In this document: piece by piece, positions 31,380-40,075 of the stretch
Numbering within the stretch: position 1 is the stretch's first letter
Layout of the letters: the number at the start of each line of letters is the position of its first letter
Source of the DNA: an uncultured Gemmatimonadaceae bacterium
Lineage (GTDB): Bacteria > Gemmatimonadota > Gemmatimonadetes > Gemmatimonadales > Gemmatimonadaceae
DNA length: 64,000 nt
Assembly: GCA_963751275.1 (NCBI GenBank)
Contig: CAVVTZ010000007.1
Coordinates: 640,001-704,000, forward strand
Direction: 5' to 3'
Program-made: the position numbers and the translations under genes
The notes under the pieces: model-generated
The model's database searches: none
The model's input: only the letters and a program-made list of their open reading frames with translations
Told to the model about the DNA's origin: nothing

Positions 31380-32273
31380 CTACTGATCCACCCACGTCAC
31401 CTTGAGGCCGCCGAGCGACACGCTGCCGGTGATCAGCACCTTCCGGGTGGCGGTCGCGTAGTTCGGGCTTGTGTATTCACCGTCCTTCTCGGTGAAGCCT
31501 GCCGCATTGATGCCGCCCAAGTGCGTGAGCGCGGTGATCTTCACGCCGGCGTCGCGCGGCACGCGCACCTGCAGCCCGCCCACGGCCACGGTCACGTCCA
31601 GCGTCATGTCGCCGGTCCAGTCGCCGAGCAGATTCACGTCGCCGCCGCCGAGGGTCGCGCTCATCTTCACGGTCTTCGCGCGCGCGTTGCCCAGCTCCTT
31701 CACGCCGATCCCGCTCATCATCGCGTCGATGCGCAGCTCGTTCATCGGGCGCTGGTTCGCGGTGCTGAAGGTGATCATCGCGTCGCCCATGGTGGTCTCG
31801 ATGCGGGCGTTCGCGATCCACAGGTTGCCCAGGTCGAGCACGCTCGCGCCGATGCCGGTCTTCACGTTGAGATCGATCGGGATCCCGCGCGCGACGCCGA
31901 GGTTCATCTCGGCGATCTTCTCCTCGTCCTTCACGGCCTTCGCGTTGTCGCCGCCGAAGAGATGCGGACGCAGGGAGAAACGTTCGGCGGTAGCGCTGTC
32001 GGCGCCCACGGTGAGCGTGTGCGTCGCGGCGTCGTAGTCCTTCTGCGTGCGGAAGATGTTCGCGTCGTAGCGCACGCTCAGATCGTAGAGCACGGCGGGA
32101 TCGGCGGCGCGCAGGGTGAGCTTGCCCATTCCATAGCGCACGACCACGCGCAATGAATCATCGCGACCGAGCGGGCGCATCGCGGTGAGGGTGCGCCATG
32201 TTTGCGCGGACGCGGGCGAGACAATTCCGCCCAGCACGAGCGCCGCGGCGAGGAAACTCCGGCGCGCGTTCAT
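31380..32273 (-). CDS. Exported beta-rich protein (toast-rack/LiaF-LiaG-like), ECF operon member
   Basis: Signal peptide ASA|QT; repeated G-x-hydrophobic beta strands; LQVRVPRDAGV. Confidence 0.65.
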   Translation of the reverse strand: MNARRSFLAAALVLGGIVSPASAQTWRTLTAMRPLGRDDSLRVVVRYGMGKLTLRAADPAVLYDLSVRYDANIFRTQKDYDAATHTLTVGADSATAERFSLRPHLFGGDNAKAVKDEEKIAEMNLGVARGIPIDLNVKTGIGASVLDLGNLWIANARIETTMGDAMITFSTANQRPMNELRIDAMMSGIGVKELGNARAKTVKMSATLGGGDVNLLGDWTGDMTLDVTVAVGGLQVRVPRDAGVKITALTHLGGINAAGFTEKDGEYTSPNYATATRKVLITGSVSLGGLKVTWVDQ

Positions 32274-33364
32274 CGCTCGGCTCCCTTGCGCGGCGCGGGC
32301 GTGGGGCGGCGCGCGGCGGTGACGCCGGTGACCGGCGTCGGCGTCTGCCATTCGTGTTCGGCGGTAGGAGCGGGCGCGATCTGCGCCGGTGCGGCGGCAC
32401 CGGGCCGGGTGCCCGCGCGCGTCATGATCACGGCGCCGAGTCCGACGCTGACGGCGGTCCACGTCGCGAGCGAGCCAATGACGCGGAGCGCCACGCCCCA
32501 GCCCGCGGCGTAGGGGAAGGCCGTGCCGGCCACCCAGAGCAGGAAGAAGAATGAGAGTCCGAAGAGCATCGGCTGCAGGCCGGCGAGGAAGCTGCGGTCG
32601 CCGTTGCGTCCGCCGCTCACCGAGTAGCCGGCCGTCTGTGCGACGGAGAGGAAGCCGAGCGAGAGCGCGCCGGCGCCGGCGGCCACGAGTCCCACCGCGA
32701 GGAAGGGGATCACGACGAGCCCGATCACCGTGATCGCGAGCGCGACCACGGCGAGCGTGAACGCGGGGATCACCGCCGCCTGCGCGAGCACACCGTACCA
32801 GAACGCGCGCACCGGCTGCGTGCGCAGCGCGTCGGACACGGCGTCGAGCGGGCCGCGCGCGAGGAGCAGCACGCCCGCGCCGATCACCGCGAGCACGAGA
32901 TACCAGCCCACCGAGAGCGAGATCGAGCGGCGCATCGCCTGCGCGGGGGTGAGGGGCGCCGGACGCGCCGAGCCGATGGTGGGCGCGCTGATCGTGCGCG
33001 TCTCGCCATTGATCGTGCCGCCTTCGTTGCGCACCGCACCGCCCACGGAGAGCGCGTCGCCCTTCACGCGGCCGCCCTTCGCGACGATCACGTCGCCGCC
33101 GATCGCGGCGACATTGCCGTCCACCGTGCCGCGGATCTCGAGCGGTCCGTTCCAGGTGGCGATGGTGCCGGTGATCTTCTCTTTCTCGCCGATCGTGCGC
33201 GGGCCGCTGGTGACCTCGGCGGGCAGGAGCTTCATGCCGTTCGGGTCCTGGCTGAGCGAGTCGAGCAGCGCCTGCCCGGGATTCACGGCGGTCTGCTGCG
33301 CGGCGGCGCTGCCGGCGGCGATCAACACGGCGGCGAGCGCCAACAGATTGCGGAGTGTGCGCAT
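32270..33364 (-). CDS. Membrane protein with bactofilin-like beta-helix repeats and C-terminal TM helices
   Basis: Signal peptide; GTVDGNVAAIGGDV..VKGDALSVGG repeats; about 5-6 TM segments. Confidence 0.7.
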   Translation of the reverse strand: MRTLRNLLALAAVLIAAGSAAAQQTAVNPGQALLDSLSQDPNGMKLLPAEVTSGPRTIGEKEKITGTIATWNGPLEIRGTVDGNVAAIGGDVIVAKGGRVKGDALSVGGAVRNEGGTINGETRTISAPTIGSARPAPLTPAQAMRRSISLSVGWYLVLAVIGAGVLLLARGPLDAVSDALRTQPVRAFWYGVLAQAAVIPAFTLAVVALAITVIGLVVIPFLAVGLVAAGAGALSLGFLSVAQTAGYSVSGGRNGDRSFLAGLQPMLFGLSFFFLLWVAGTAFPYAAGWGVALRVIGSLATWTAVSVGLGAVIMTRAGTRPGAAAPAQIAPAPTAEHEWQTPTPVTGVTAARRPTPAPRKGAER

Positions 33365-33368
33365 GGGG

Positions 33369-33950
33369 CTACCGCGAGCGGGAGCGAACGGCGACGGCGC
33401 GCACCGTGCCCACCGCCGCGAGTCCCGTTGCCAGGACCACGCCGAAGAGCACCGCCACACCGATCCCGCCGCTCGCGTGGAACGCCTCGGCCGCACCGAC
33501 GCCCAGCACCGATGCCACGACGCTGGTGAGCGCGTTCATGGCGCCGGCACTCAGCCGGTCCCAGAGCATCTCGCCAACGAAGAGCACAGCGTCGAGGTGC
33601 ATGAGCCCCCAGACAGAGGCTGCCGTGACGAGGAGGGCCGCCGTGGCCAGGCCGCCGGTGGCGACCACGCGCCAGCCGCGCGTGCGGGGCACGAGGCCGC
33701 GCACCGTGTCGGCCAGCGCGACGTGCCAGGGCACGAAGAGCTGGACGCGCGACATCACCTTGTTCGCGAAATCAGGGGAGGGCGCCAGGTGCGGAATGTG
33801 CTCGAGGTCGCTCACCAGGAGGCGGGCGGTCTCGAGCTCGCGGCGGCACAGGTCACAACTCCGCACATGCGCCTTGAAGGGCGCCGTCTCGAAGCCGACT
33901 TCGCCGTCCAGCAGCTGGTCGATCTCGTCAGGAAGAAGGTGTCGTTCCAC
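33369..33950 (-). CDS. Anti-sigma factor with zf-HC2 domain (RsiW-like)
   Basis: LLDGE..AHVRSCDLC (HxxxCxxC), PSPDFANKVM and TM helices. Confidence 0.85.
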   Translation of the reverse strand: MERHLLPDEIDQLLDGEVGFETAPFKAHVRSCDLCRRELETARLLVSDLEHIPHLAPSPDFANKVMSRVQLFVPWHVALADTVRGLVPRTRGWRVVATGGLATAALLVTAASVWGLMHLDAVLFVGEMLWDRLSAGAMNALTSVVASVLGVGAAEAFHASGGIGVAVLFGVVLATGLAAVGTVRAVAVRSRSR

Positions 33951-33959
33951 GGTTCCCTC

Positions 33960-33986
33960 TACGGCAGGAGGACAGGGTGAGTTTCA
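33960..33986 (-). promoter_or_regulatory. ECF (SigW-type) promoter upstream of the anti-sigma gene
   Basis: Minus strand reads TGAAAC-N17-CGTA, 9 nt upstream of the GTG start. Confidence 0.65.
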
Positions 33987-34000
33987 GAGGCGGTTTCGGG

Positions 34001-34600
34001 TCAGCTTCGGAGGCCCCCAAGGGCCTCCCGGAGTTCGTGCCGGGCGCGGTGGATGTACGTTTTCACGGTTCCCAGAGGGAGATCGAGCGTGGCGGCGATC
34101 TCCTCGTAGGAGCGGTCCTCCACGTGGCGCAGGAGGATGCAGGCGCGGTATTCGGGGCGGAGCTTGGCGATCGCCTTTTCAATGGCGCCGCCCAGCTCCT
34201 TGGATTCCATTTCCTCGAGGGCGGTCTCGCCGCGGCTCTCGACATCGAACGCACTGGCCTCGGCTTCCGCGGCGGTGGCGGCGTGCGGAGAGCCGTCGAT
34301 GCTGATCGTTTTCAGCTGGCGTTTGCGGAGGAAATCGATCGTGAGATTGTTCGCGATCTTGAAGAGCCAGCTCGAGAACTTGAATTCGGGGCGGTAGCGG
34401 TCGATGTGATTCAGGACCTTGATGAAGGTCTCCTGCGCGAGGTCCTCGGCGGTCTCGCGGTCGCGCACCATGCGGAAGATCAACGAGAAGACGGGGCGCT
34501 CATACCTTCTCACCAGCTCTCTAAACGCAGGCTCGCGGCCCTCGCGCGCGAGAGCGGCGAGGTCGGCGTCGGGGAGATTGATGAGGTCGAGGGAGGCCAT
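34001..34600 (-). CDS. ECF RNA polymerase sigma factor (SigW/RpoE-like)
   Basis: AEDLAQETFIK, FSSWLFKIANN and SYEEIAATLDLPLGTVKTYIHRAR. Confidence 0.95.
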   Translation of the reverse strand: MASLDLINLPDADLAALAREGREPAFRELVRRYERPVFSLIFRMVRDRETAEDLAQETFIKVLNHIDRYRPEFKFSSWLFKIANNLTIDFLRKRQLKTISIDGSPHAATAAEAEASAFDVESRGETALEEMESKELGGAIEKAIAKLRPEYRACILLRHVEDRSYEEIAATLDLPLGTVKTYIHRARHELREALGGLRS

Positions 34601-34620
34601 TCGGCTCTCAAGTTACGCGC

Positions 34621-34810
34621 GAGAGGCGCGTGTGGCGACAAGTGCGGCTTGAGGGGCGCGTGTGGGGACTAGTACCGCTCGAGGAGCGCGTCTAGGAGGC
34701 AGCGTGTGGTACAGCTCGGCGGGAGTGGGGACGGCCCTACTCCCGCCGAGCTGTACCACACGCTGCCTCCTAGACGCGCGCCTCAAGTGGTACTAGTTGC
34801 CACACGCGCC
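34621..34810. repeat. Long hairpin (perfect 41-bp core) overlapping a 30-bp tandem repeat
   Basis: 34686-34726 is the exact reverse complement of 34739-34779; the stem extends to 34655/34810. The 30-nt units start at 34621, 34651 and 34681. Confidence 0.9.
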
Positions 34811-34831
34811 GTCGAGCGCGAGCTTTCGCGA

Positions 34832-35581
34832 ATGACGGTGCTGACTGAGGAGCAGCGGGAAGCAGTCGAGGCCGCGGAGGGCGGATCGTCGAAGCGCGCG
34901 TATGTGAAGCGCACGTTCGAAGAGATCGCGCCGCGGTACGATCTGCTCAATCATCTGCTGAGCGTGAATCTCGATCGCGGCTGGCGGCGTCTCGCGATCG
35001 AGGCGATGGCGATCGAGCGTGATCCCGCGGGCGCCTATCTCGACGTATGCGCGGGCACCATGGACGTGGGGGCGGAGATCGCGGCGCGCGCGGGGTTCCG
35101 CGGGAATGTGATCTGCGCCGACTTCGCGGAGCCGATGCTGCGAGGCGGGCTCGCGAAGACGGCGGGGCTCCCGGTGCGGGCGGTGGTGGCGGACGCGCTG
35201 CGGCTGCCAGTGCGAGATGGGACGGCGTCGGGGGCGATCGTCTCCTTCGGCGTGCGCAACTTCGACGACATCAATGCCGGGTTCCGTGAGCTCCGTCGGG
35301 TGCTCAAGTCCGGCGCGCGGCTCGTGGTGCTCGACTGCTCGCATCCGCCCAGCCGCATCGTGCGCGCGCTGTACGACGAATATTTCCAGAAGCTCCTGCC
35401 CTTCATCGGCCGCATGGTGAGCGGGCACAAGACGGCGTACAGCTACCTGCCGATGTCGGTGCAGCACTTCCCGAACGCCGACCAGCTCGCGGAGCAGATG
35501 CGCGGCGCGGGCTTCGCGAACGTGGCGTACCGGCGGCTCTCGATGGGCACGGTGGCGGTGCATTGGGGGGACGCCGCGTGA
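34832..35581 (+). CDS. ubiE: Ubiquinone/menaquinone biosynthesis C-methyltransferase (UbiE/MenG)
   Basis: F..IAPRYDLLNHLLS, LDVCAGT, FGVRN, RVLKSG and YSYLP.SV..FP. Confidence 0.9.
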   Translation: MTVLTEEQREAVEAAEGGSSKRAYVKRTFEEIAPRYDLLNHLLSVNLDRGWRRLAIEAMAIERDPAGAYLDVCAGTMDVGAEIAARAGFRGNVICADFAEPMLRGGLAKTAGLPVRAVVADALRLPVRDGTASGAIVSFGVRNFDDINAGFRELRRVLKSGARLVVLDCSHPPSRIVRALYDEYFQKLLPFIGRMVSGHKTAYSYLPMSVQHFPNADQLAEQMRGAGFANVAYRRLSMGTVAVHWGDAA

Positions 35582-37068
35582 GCCTCGACACGATGCAGGA
35601 ATTCATCGCGGCCATCGATGCGGCCGGCGAACTGGTGCGGATCGCGCAGCCGGTGCGCGCGAAGCTCGAGATCACGGAGATCGCGGACCGCGCCATGAAG
35701 ATGCCCGGTGGCGGGCCGGCGCTGCTCTTCGAGCACGTGCTGCTCGACGACGGCTCGCGCTCGGAATTCCCGGTGGCGATCAATCTCTTCGGCAGCATGA
35801 CGCGCATGGCGCTCGCGCTGGGCACCGACGACCTCGACAAGATCGGCGGGCGGATCACCGAGCTGCTCGAGATGAAAGTGCCCGAGGGGATCCTCGCGAA
35901 ATTGTCGCTGCTGCCGCGGCTGCTGGAGGTGGGGAAATTCCCGCCGCGCGTGCACGGCGGGAAGCCGGCGTGCCAGGAAGTGGTGTGGCGCGGCGCCGAG
36001 ATCGATCTCACGAAGCTGCCGATCATCACCTGCTGGCCCAAGGACGGCGGCGCGTACATCACGCTGCCGATGGTGATCTCGAAGGATCCCAAGCGCGGCA
36101 TCCGGAACGTTGGGATGTACCGCGTGCAGGTGATCGGGAAGAACCGTCTCGCGATGCACTGGCAGCGGCACAAGGTGGGCGCGGCGCACTGGCGCGAGAT
36201 GGCAGAGCGCGGGGAGAAGATGCCGGTGTGCATCGTGATCGGCGCGGACCCGGCGTCGGTCTATTCCGCGTCGGCGCCGCTGCCGCCCACGGTGGACGAA
36301 TTCCTCTTCGCGGGATTCCTGCGGAAGAGCCCGGTGTCGCTCGCGAAGGCGCTCACCTGCGATCTGGAAGTGCCCACCGACGCGGAGTTCGTGATCGAGG
36401 GAGAGATCGATCCGCGCGAAGCGCTCGTGACCGAGGGGCCGTTCGGTGACCACACGGGATTCTATTCGCTCGCGGATCTCTATCCGGCGGTGAACGTCAC
36501 GGCGATCACGATGCGGAAGAAGCCGGTGTACCCGACGACGATCGTCGGCCGTCCGCCCATGGAGGATTATTACCTCGGCTATGCGACGGAGCGCATTTTT
36601 CTCCCACTGCTCCGTTTGACGGTGCCGGAGATCGTGGACTATCACATGCCCGCCGAGGGGATCTTCCACAATCTCGTGTTCGTGTCGATCGACAAGCAGT
36701 TCCCGGGGCAGGCGTACAAGGTGATGAACGCGATGTGGGGCGCGGGGCTGATGTCGCTCGCGAAGGTGCTGGTCGTGGTGGACAAGTGGGTGAACGTGCG
36801 CGACGAGAAGGAGGCGTGGTGGGTGGCGCTGAACAACATCGACCCGCAGCGCGACGCGCGCTTCTCGATGGGTCCGATCGACGTGCTCGATCATTCGAGC
36901 CGTGCGTTCACGTTCGGATCGAAGATCGGCTTCGACGCGACGCAGAAGTGGCCGGAGGAGGGGTTCGCGCGCGAGTGGCCGGAGGTGATGGAGATGGACG
37001 ACACGACAAAAAGACGCGTTGATAGCGTCTGGGCACAGATGGGGATCGGCGCGCGGAAGGACCTATGA
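35578..37068 (+). CDS. ubiD: UbiD family decarboxylase (menaquinone futalosine pathway, MqnL-like)
   Basis: GPALLFE, RNVGMYR, EGPFGDHTGFY and GRPPMED. Confidence 0.92.
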   Translation: MSLDTMQEFIAAIDAAGELVRIAQPVRAKLEITEIADRAMKMPGGGPALLFEHVLLDDGSRSEFPVAINLFGSMTRMALALGTDDLDKIGGRITELLEMKVPEGILAKLSLLPRLLEVGKFPPRVHGGKPACQEVVWRGAEIDLTKLPIITCWPKDGGAYITLPMVISKDPKRGIRNVGMYRVQVIGKNRLAMHWQRHKVGAAHWREMAERGEKMPVCIVIGADPASVYSASAPLPPTVDEFLFAGFLRKSPVSLAKALTCDLEVPTDAEFVIEGEIDPREALVTEGPFGDHTGFYSLADLYPAVNVTAITMRKKPVYPTTIVGRPPMEDYYLGYATERIFLPLLRLTVPEIVDYHMPAEGIFHNLVFVSIDKQFPGQAYKVMNAMWGAGLMSLAKVLVVVDKWVNVRDEKEAWWVALNNIDPQRDARFSMGPIDVLDHSSRAFTFGSKIGFDATQKWPEEGFAREWPEVMEMDDTTKRRVDSVWAQMGIGARKDL

Positions 37069-37961
37069 CGCGGGAAGGGCAGACCTTCGCTTCCAGCTCC
37101 CAATGGGTGAATTACGTCAACTTCGTGAAGCTGCCGCACACGCTCTTCGCGCTGCCGTTCGCGCTGGTGGGCGTCGTGATCGCGAGCGCGGTACAGCCGG
37201 TGCACTGGGTGACGGTGGGGTGGGTAGCGGTGGCGTTCACGGCGGCGCGCTTCGCGGCGATGGGGTTCAATCGCATCGCCGACCGCGAGATCGACGCGCT
37301 GAATCCGCGCACGGCGCAGCGGGAGATCCCGGCGGGGCTCATTCCGCTCGCGGAGGCGGTGGCCGCGGTAGTGCTGGCGTCGGTGGTCTTCATCGGCGCG
37401 GCGTGGGAGCTGAATCCGATCTGCTTCGGGCTCGCGCCGGTCGCGCTCATGTGGGTGTTCTTCTACAGCTATACGAAGCGCTTCACCAAGCTCGCGCACT
37501 TCGTGCTCGGCCTCGGACTCGGCATCGCGCCGGTGGGCGGCTACCTCGCCGTGACCGGCGCGTGGAGCAATCCGTGGTGGGTGCTCGTGATGCTCGCGAC
37601 CGCCGTCACGACCTGGGTGGGCGGCTTCGACATTCTATATTCGCTGCAGGACATCGAGTTCGATCGCGCACAGGCGCTGCATTCCATTCCGGCCGGACTC
37701 GGCGAGGCGCGCGGGATCACGATCGCGCGCGCGATGCACGCGTGCACCGTGGTGTCGCTCGCGCTGGTCGGTGCCGGCACCGGAGCGGGAGCTATCTACG
37801 CGGCAGGTGTGGTAGTGGTGGCGGGGCTGCTGCTGTACGAACACTCGCTCGTGCGCCCGGGCGATCTCTCGCGGCTCGACGCGGCGTTCTTCACGATGAA
37901 CGGCGTGATCAGTCTCACCTTCTTCGGCTTCGTGCTCGCCGAGCGGATGCTGCGGCGATGA
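37065..37961 (+). CDS. ubiA: UbiA family prenyltransferase (MqnP-like)
   Basis: HTLFALPFA, NRIADREIDALNPRT, YSYTKRF and GFDILYSLQD. Confidence 0.92.
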   Translation: MTREGQTFASSSQWVNYVNFVKLPHTLFALPFALVGVVIASAVQPVHWVTVGWVAVAFTAARFAAMGFNRIADREIDALNPRTAQREIPAGLIPLAEAVAAVVLASVVFIGAAWELNPICFGLAPVALMWVFFYSYTKRFTKLAHFVLGLGLGIAPVGGYLAVTGAWSNPWWVLVMLATAVTTWVGGFDILYSLQDIEFDRAQALHSIPAGLGEARGITIARAMHACTVVSLALVGAGTGAGAIYAAGVVVVAGLLLYEHSLVRPGDLSRLDAAFFTMNGVISLTFFGFVLAERMLRR

Positions 37962-38563
37962 CCGCCAAGCTTCCGCTGGTGATGGCGGTGACGGGTGCGT
38001 CGGGGGCGCCGTACGCGGTGCGGCTGCTCGAGCAGCTCGTGCGCGCGCAGCAGCCGGTGCAGCTGATCGTGAGCTCGCACGGGTGGCGGCTGCTCGACAC
38101 CGAGACCGGCATCAAGGATATCGCGGCGCTGCAGGCGGCGAGTGGCGGCAAGGCATGGAAGGGCGTCGTCTCGGTGTTCGACGACAACGACCGCGGCGCT
38201 GCGCCGGCGAGCGGCTCGGCGCGGAACTTGGGTATGGTGATCTGTCCCTGCAGCATGGGTACGCTCGCGGCGGTGGCGGCGGGCACGTCGCGCTCGCTCG
38301 TGGAGCGCGCGGCGGATGTGGCGCTCAAGGAGCGCCGGAAGCTCGTGATGGTGACGCGCGAGACGCCGCTGTCGGCCATCCACCTGGAGAACATGCTGCG
38401 GGTGACGAACGCGGGGGCGGTGGTGATGCCGGCGGCGCCGGGGTTCTATCACCGGCCTGCAGCGCTGAGCGATCTCGTGGACTTCATCGTCGCCCGCGTG
38501 CTCGACCATCTCGGCGTGGAGCACAGTCTGGGACGCCGGTGGAGCGGATCGTCGTCGGACTGA
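37958..38563 (+). CDS. ubiX: Flavin prenyltransferase UbiX
   Basis: TGASGAPY, PCSMGTL, RAADVALKERR, RETP and PGFYHRP. Confidence 0.93.
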   Translation: MTAKLPLVMAVTGASGAPYAVRLLEQLVRAQQPVQLIVSSHGWRLLDTETGIKDIAALQAASGGKAWKGVVSVFDDNDRGAAPASGSARNLGMVICPCSMGTLAAVAAGTSRSLVERAADVALKERRKLVMVTRETPLSAIHLENMLRVTNAGAVVMPAAPGFYHRPAALSDLVDFIVARVLDHLGVEHSLGRRWSGSSSD

Positions 38564-39015
38564 TCAGCGACACGCACGGGCTGCTGCGGGCCGACGTGCA
38601 CGACGCGTTCGCGGGCGTGGATCTCATCCTCCACGCGGGCGACGTAGGGCCGCAATCGATACTCGACGAATTGGCGCTCATCGCGCCGGTGACCGCGGTG
38701 CGCGGGAACACCGATGCGCCGGGGAATCCGGGGCTCTCCGACCGGATCGACCGAACTCTTGGCGGGGTACGAATCCATGTGAGCCACGGGCACGAGTTGG
38801 GGAGCCCGACGCTGCCCAGGCTGCTCGCGGCGTACGACGCGGACGTGATCGTGTACGGTCACACGCACCGGCAGTTCATCGGGCGCGGGAATGGCCGCCT
38901 GGTGGTCAACCCGGGGGCGGCCGGGGCGCGGCGGTTCGACCTCTTGCCGAGCGTGGCGCGGCTGACGATTGTGGAGGGCGTCGTGAGCGCGGAGATCGTC
39001 GCTTTGGCGCCGTGA
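38539..39015 (+). CDS. Metallophosphoesterase, YfcE/MJ0936 family
   Basis: ISDTHG, HAGD, VRGNTD, HGH, GHTH and NPG. Confidence 0.92.
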   Translation: MERIVVGLISDTHGLLRADVHDAFAGVDLILHAGDVGPQSILDELALIAPVTAVRGNTDAPGNPGLSDRIDRTLGGVRIHVSHGHELGSPTLPRLLAAYDADVIVYGHTHRQFIGRGNGRLVVNPGAAGARRFDLLPSVARLTIVEGVVSAEIVALAP

Positions 39016-39052
39016 GAGATGTTCCGTCCAACGCCGAACTGGTCATCGAGCC

Positions 39053-39235
39053 ATGAAAGCAATGAAGGAAGGCACGCTCATCGCAATTTCTCTCGCGCTG
39101 ATGACCATCGGCGGCGTGGTCATCAAGCGGTCGGAGTTCACCGGCAGTCTTGTGATGGTGTTCGGTATCGCGATGGTCATCTTCGTGCTCCTCTTGCGGC
39201 GCGGTCGATCTGCCTCGGCGGGGTCGGGGCGATGA
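39053..39235 (+). CDS. Small two-TM membrane protein
   Basis: Two hydrophobic segments; ATGA overlap with the next gene. Confidence 0.5.
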   Translation: MKAMKEGTLIAISLALMTIGGVVIKRSEFTGSLVMVFGIAMVIFVLLLRRGRSASAGSGR

Positions 39236-40041
39236 TGCGGCGGAGGGCAACGAGCCAATTGGCCGTTGGCGTGCTGTTGAGCGTTGCGATGCTCGGCGGC
39301 CGTGCAGTGTCGCAGGACAGTCTTTCGCGCGACGTGAAGCTGACGTCGGGCGCGGTGATCACGCGCAGGTGTGCCAAATGGGAGAGCGAGGGGATCCTGA
39401 TCCTCACGGCGGATCCGCGCAGGACCAGCACGGATGCGGAGGGCTATCTCGCGCAGCTCGCGACGGAGATGGAGCGGCGGCTCACGCACGTGGTGAAGGA
39501 CAGCGTGGCGCTGACGGCGACCTTCGCGGGGCGCGTGATGCGCAACGGGTCGGTGAGCGGTGTGCGATTGATGAAGGGGTCGGGGCGCTCCGGCTTCGAC
39601 ATGGATGCGCAGCGTGCATTGACCTTCCCGCCGAGCGATGCGCTGCTCGCGCCGATGCCGGAGGGAGTGCCGGATTCGCTGAACGTGTTCATCTCGATCG
39701 GGCGGCAGCAGGATGGGAGCAAGTTCCTGGTGCCGCACGAGTCGTGTGCGGCGGTGCCGTATCCGGACAATCCGAAGCCGGTCTATCCGATCGAGGCAAC
39801 GATCTCGCGCACGCGCACGGTGATCCATACGTCGTTCGTCGTGGATACGACGGGCATGGTGGACACCACGAGCATTCGCGTGCTCACCGAGACGACGGAT
39901 GCGTTCGGCGATGCGACGCTGGATTATCTCGCGACGCTGCGATACCTGCCGGCGGAGTTCGACGGGCAGAAGGAGCGGCAGGAGGTGTTCAAGGACGTGG
40001 AGTTCTTCATACCGGAGCAGAGCGGGGACGGGAACTTCTAA
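39232..40041 (+). CDS. TonB/TolA C-terminal-like domain protein
   Basis: N-terminal hydrophobic segment; GSVSGVRLMKGSG..FD..A.RA and PKPVYP..FVVDTTGMVD..YLPAEFDGQ. Confidence 0.7.
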   Translation: MMRRRATSQLAVGVLLSVAMLGGRAVSQDSLSRDVKLTSGAVITRRCAKWESEGILILTADPRRTSTDAEGYLAQLATEMERRLTHVVKDSVALTATFAGRVMRNGSVSGVRLMKGSGRSGFDMDAQRALTFPPSDALLAPMPEGVPDSLNVFISIGRQQDGSKFLVPHESCAAVPYPDNPKPVYPIEATISRTRTVIHTSFVVDTTGMVDTTSIRVLTETTDAFGDATLDYLATLRYLPAEFDGQKERQEVFKDVEFFIPEQSGDGNF

Positions 40042-40075
40042 CAGCGCGTCTTGCGGATGGCGTATGGTACGCCAA

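Noticed and set aside
29401..31386. Apparent Mrp-MATE fusion ORF (661 aa)
   Set aside because: Produced by indels. Mrp ends at 29944 with a GTGA overlap onto the MATE start.
34621..34700. 30-bp tandem repeat as a mini-CRISPR
   Set aside because: The units are contiguous and degenerate with no unique spacers.
40035..40075. attC-like start (TTCTAACAGCGCG) after the TonB-like gene
   Set aside because: There is no matching GTTRRRY arm, only a small tggcgta/tacgcca hairpin between convergent genes.
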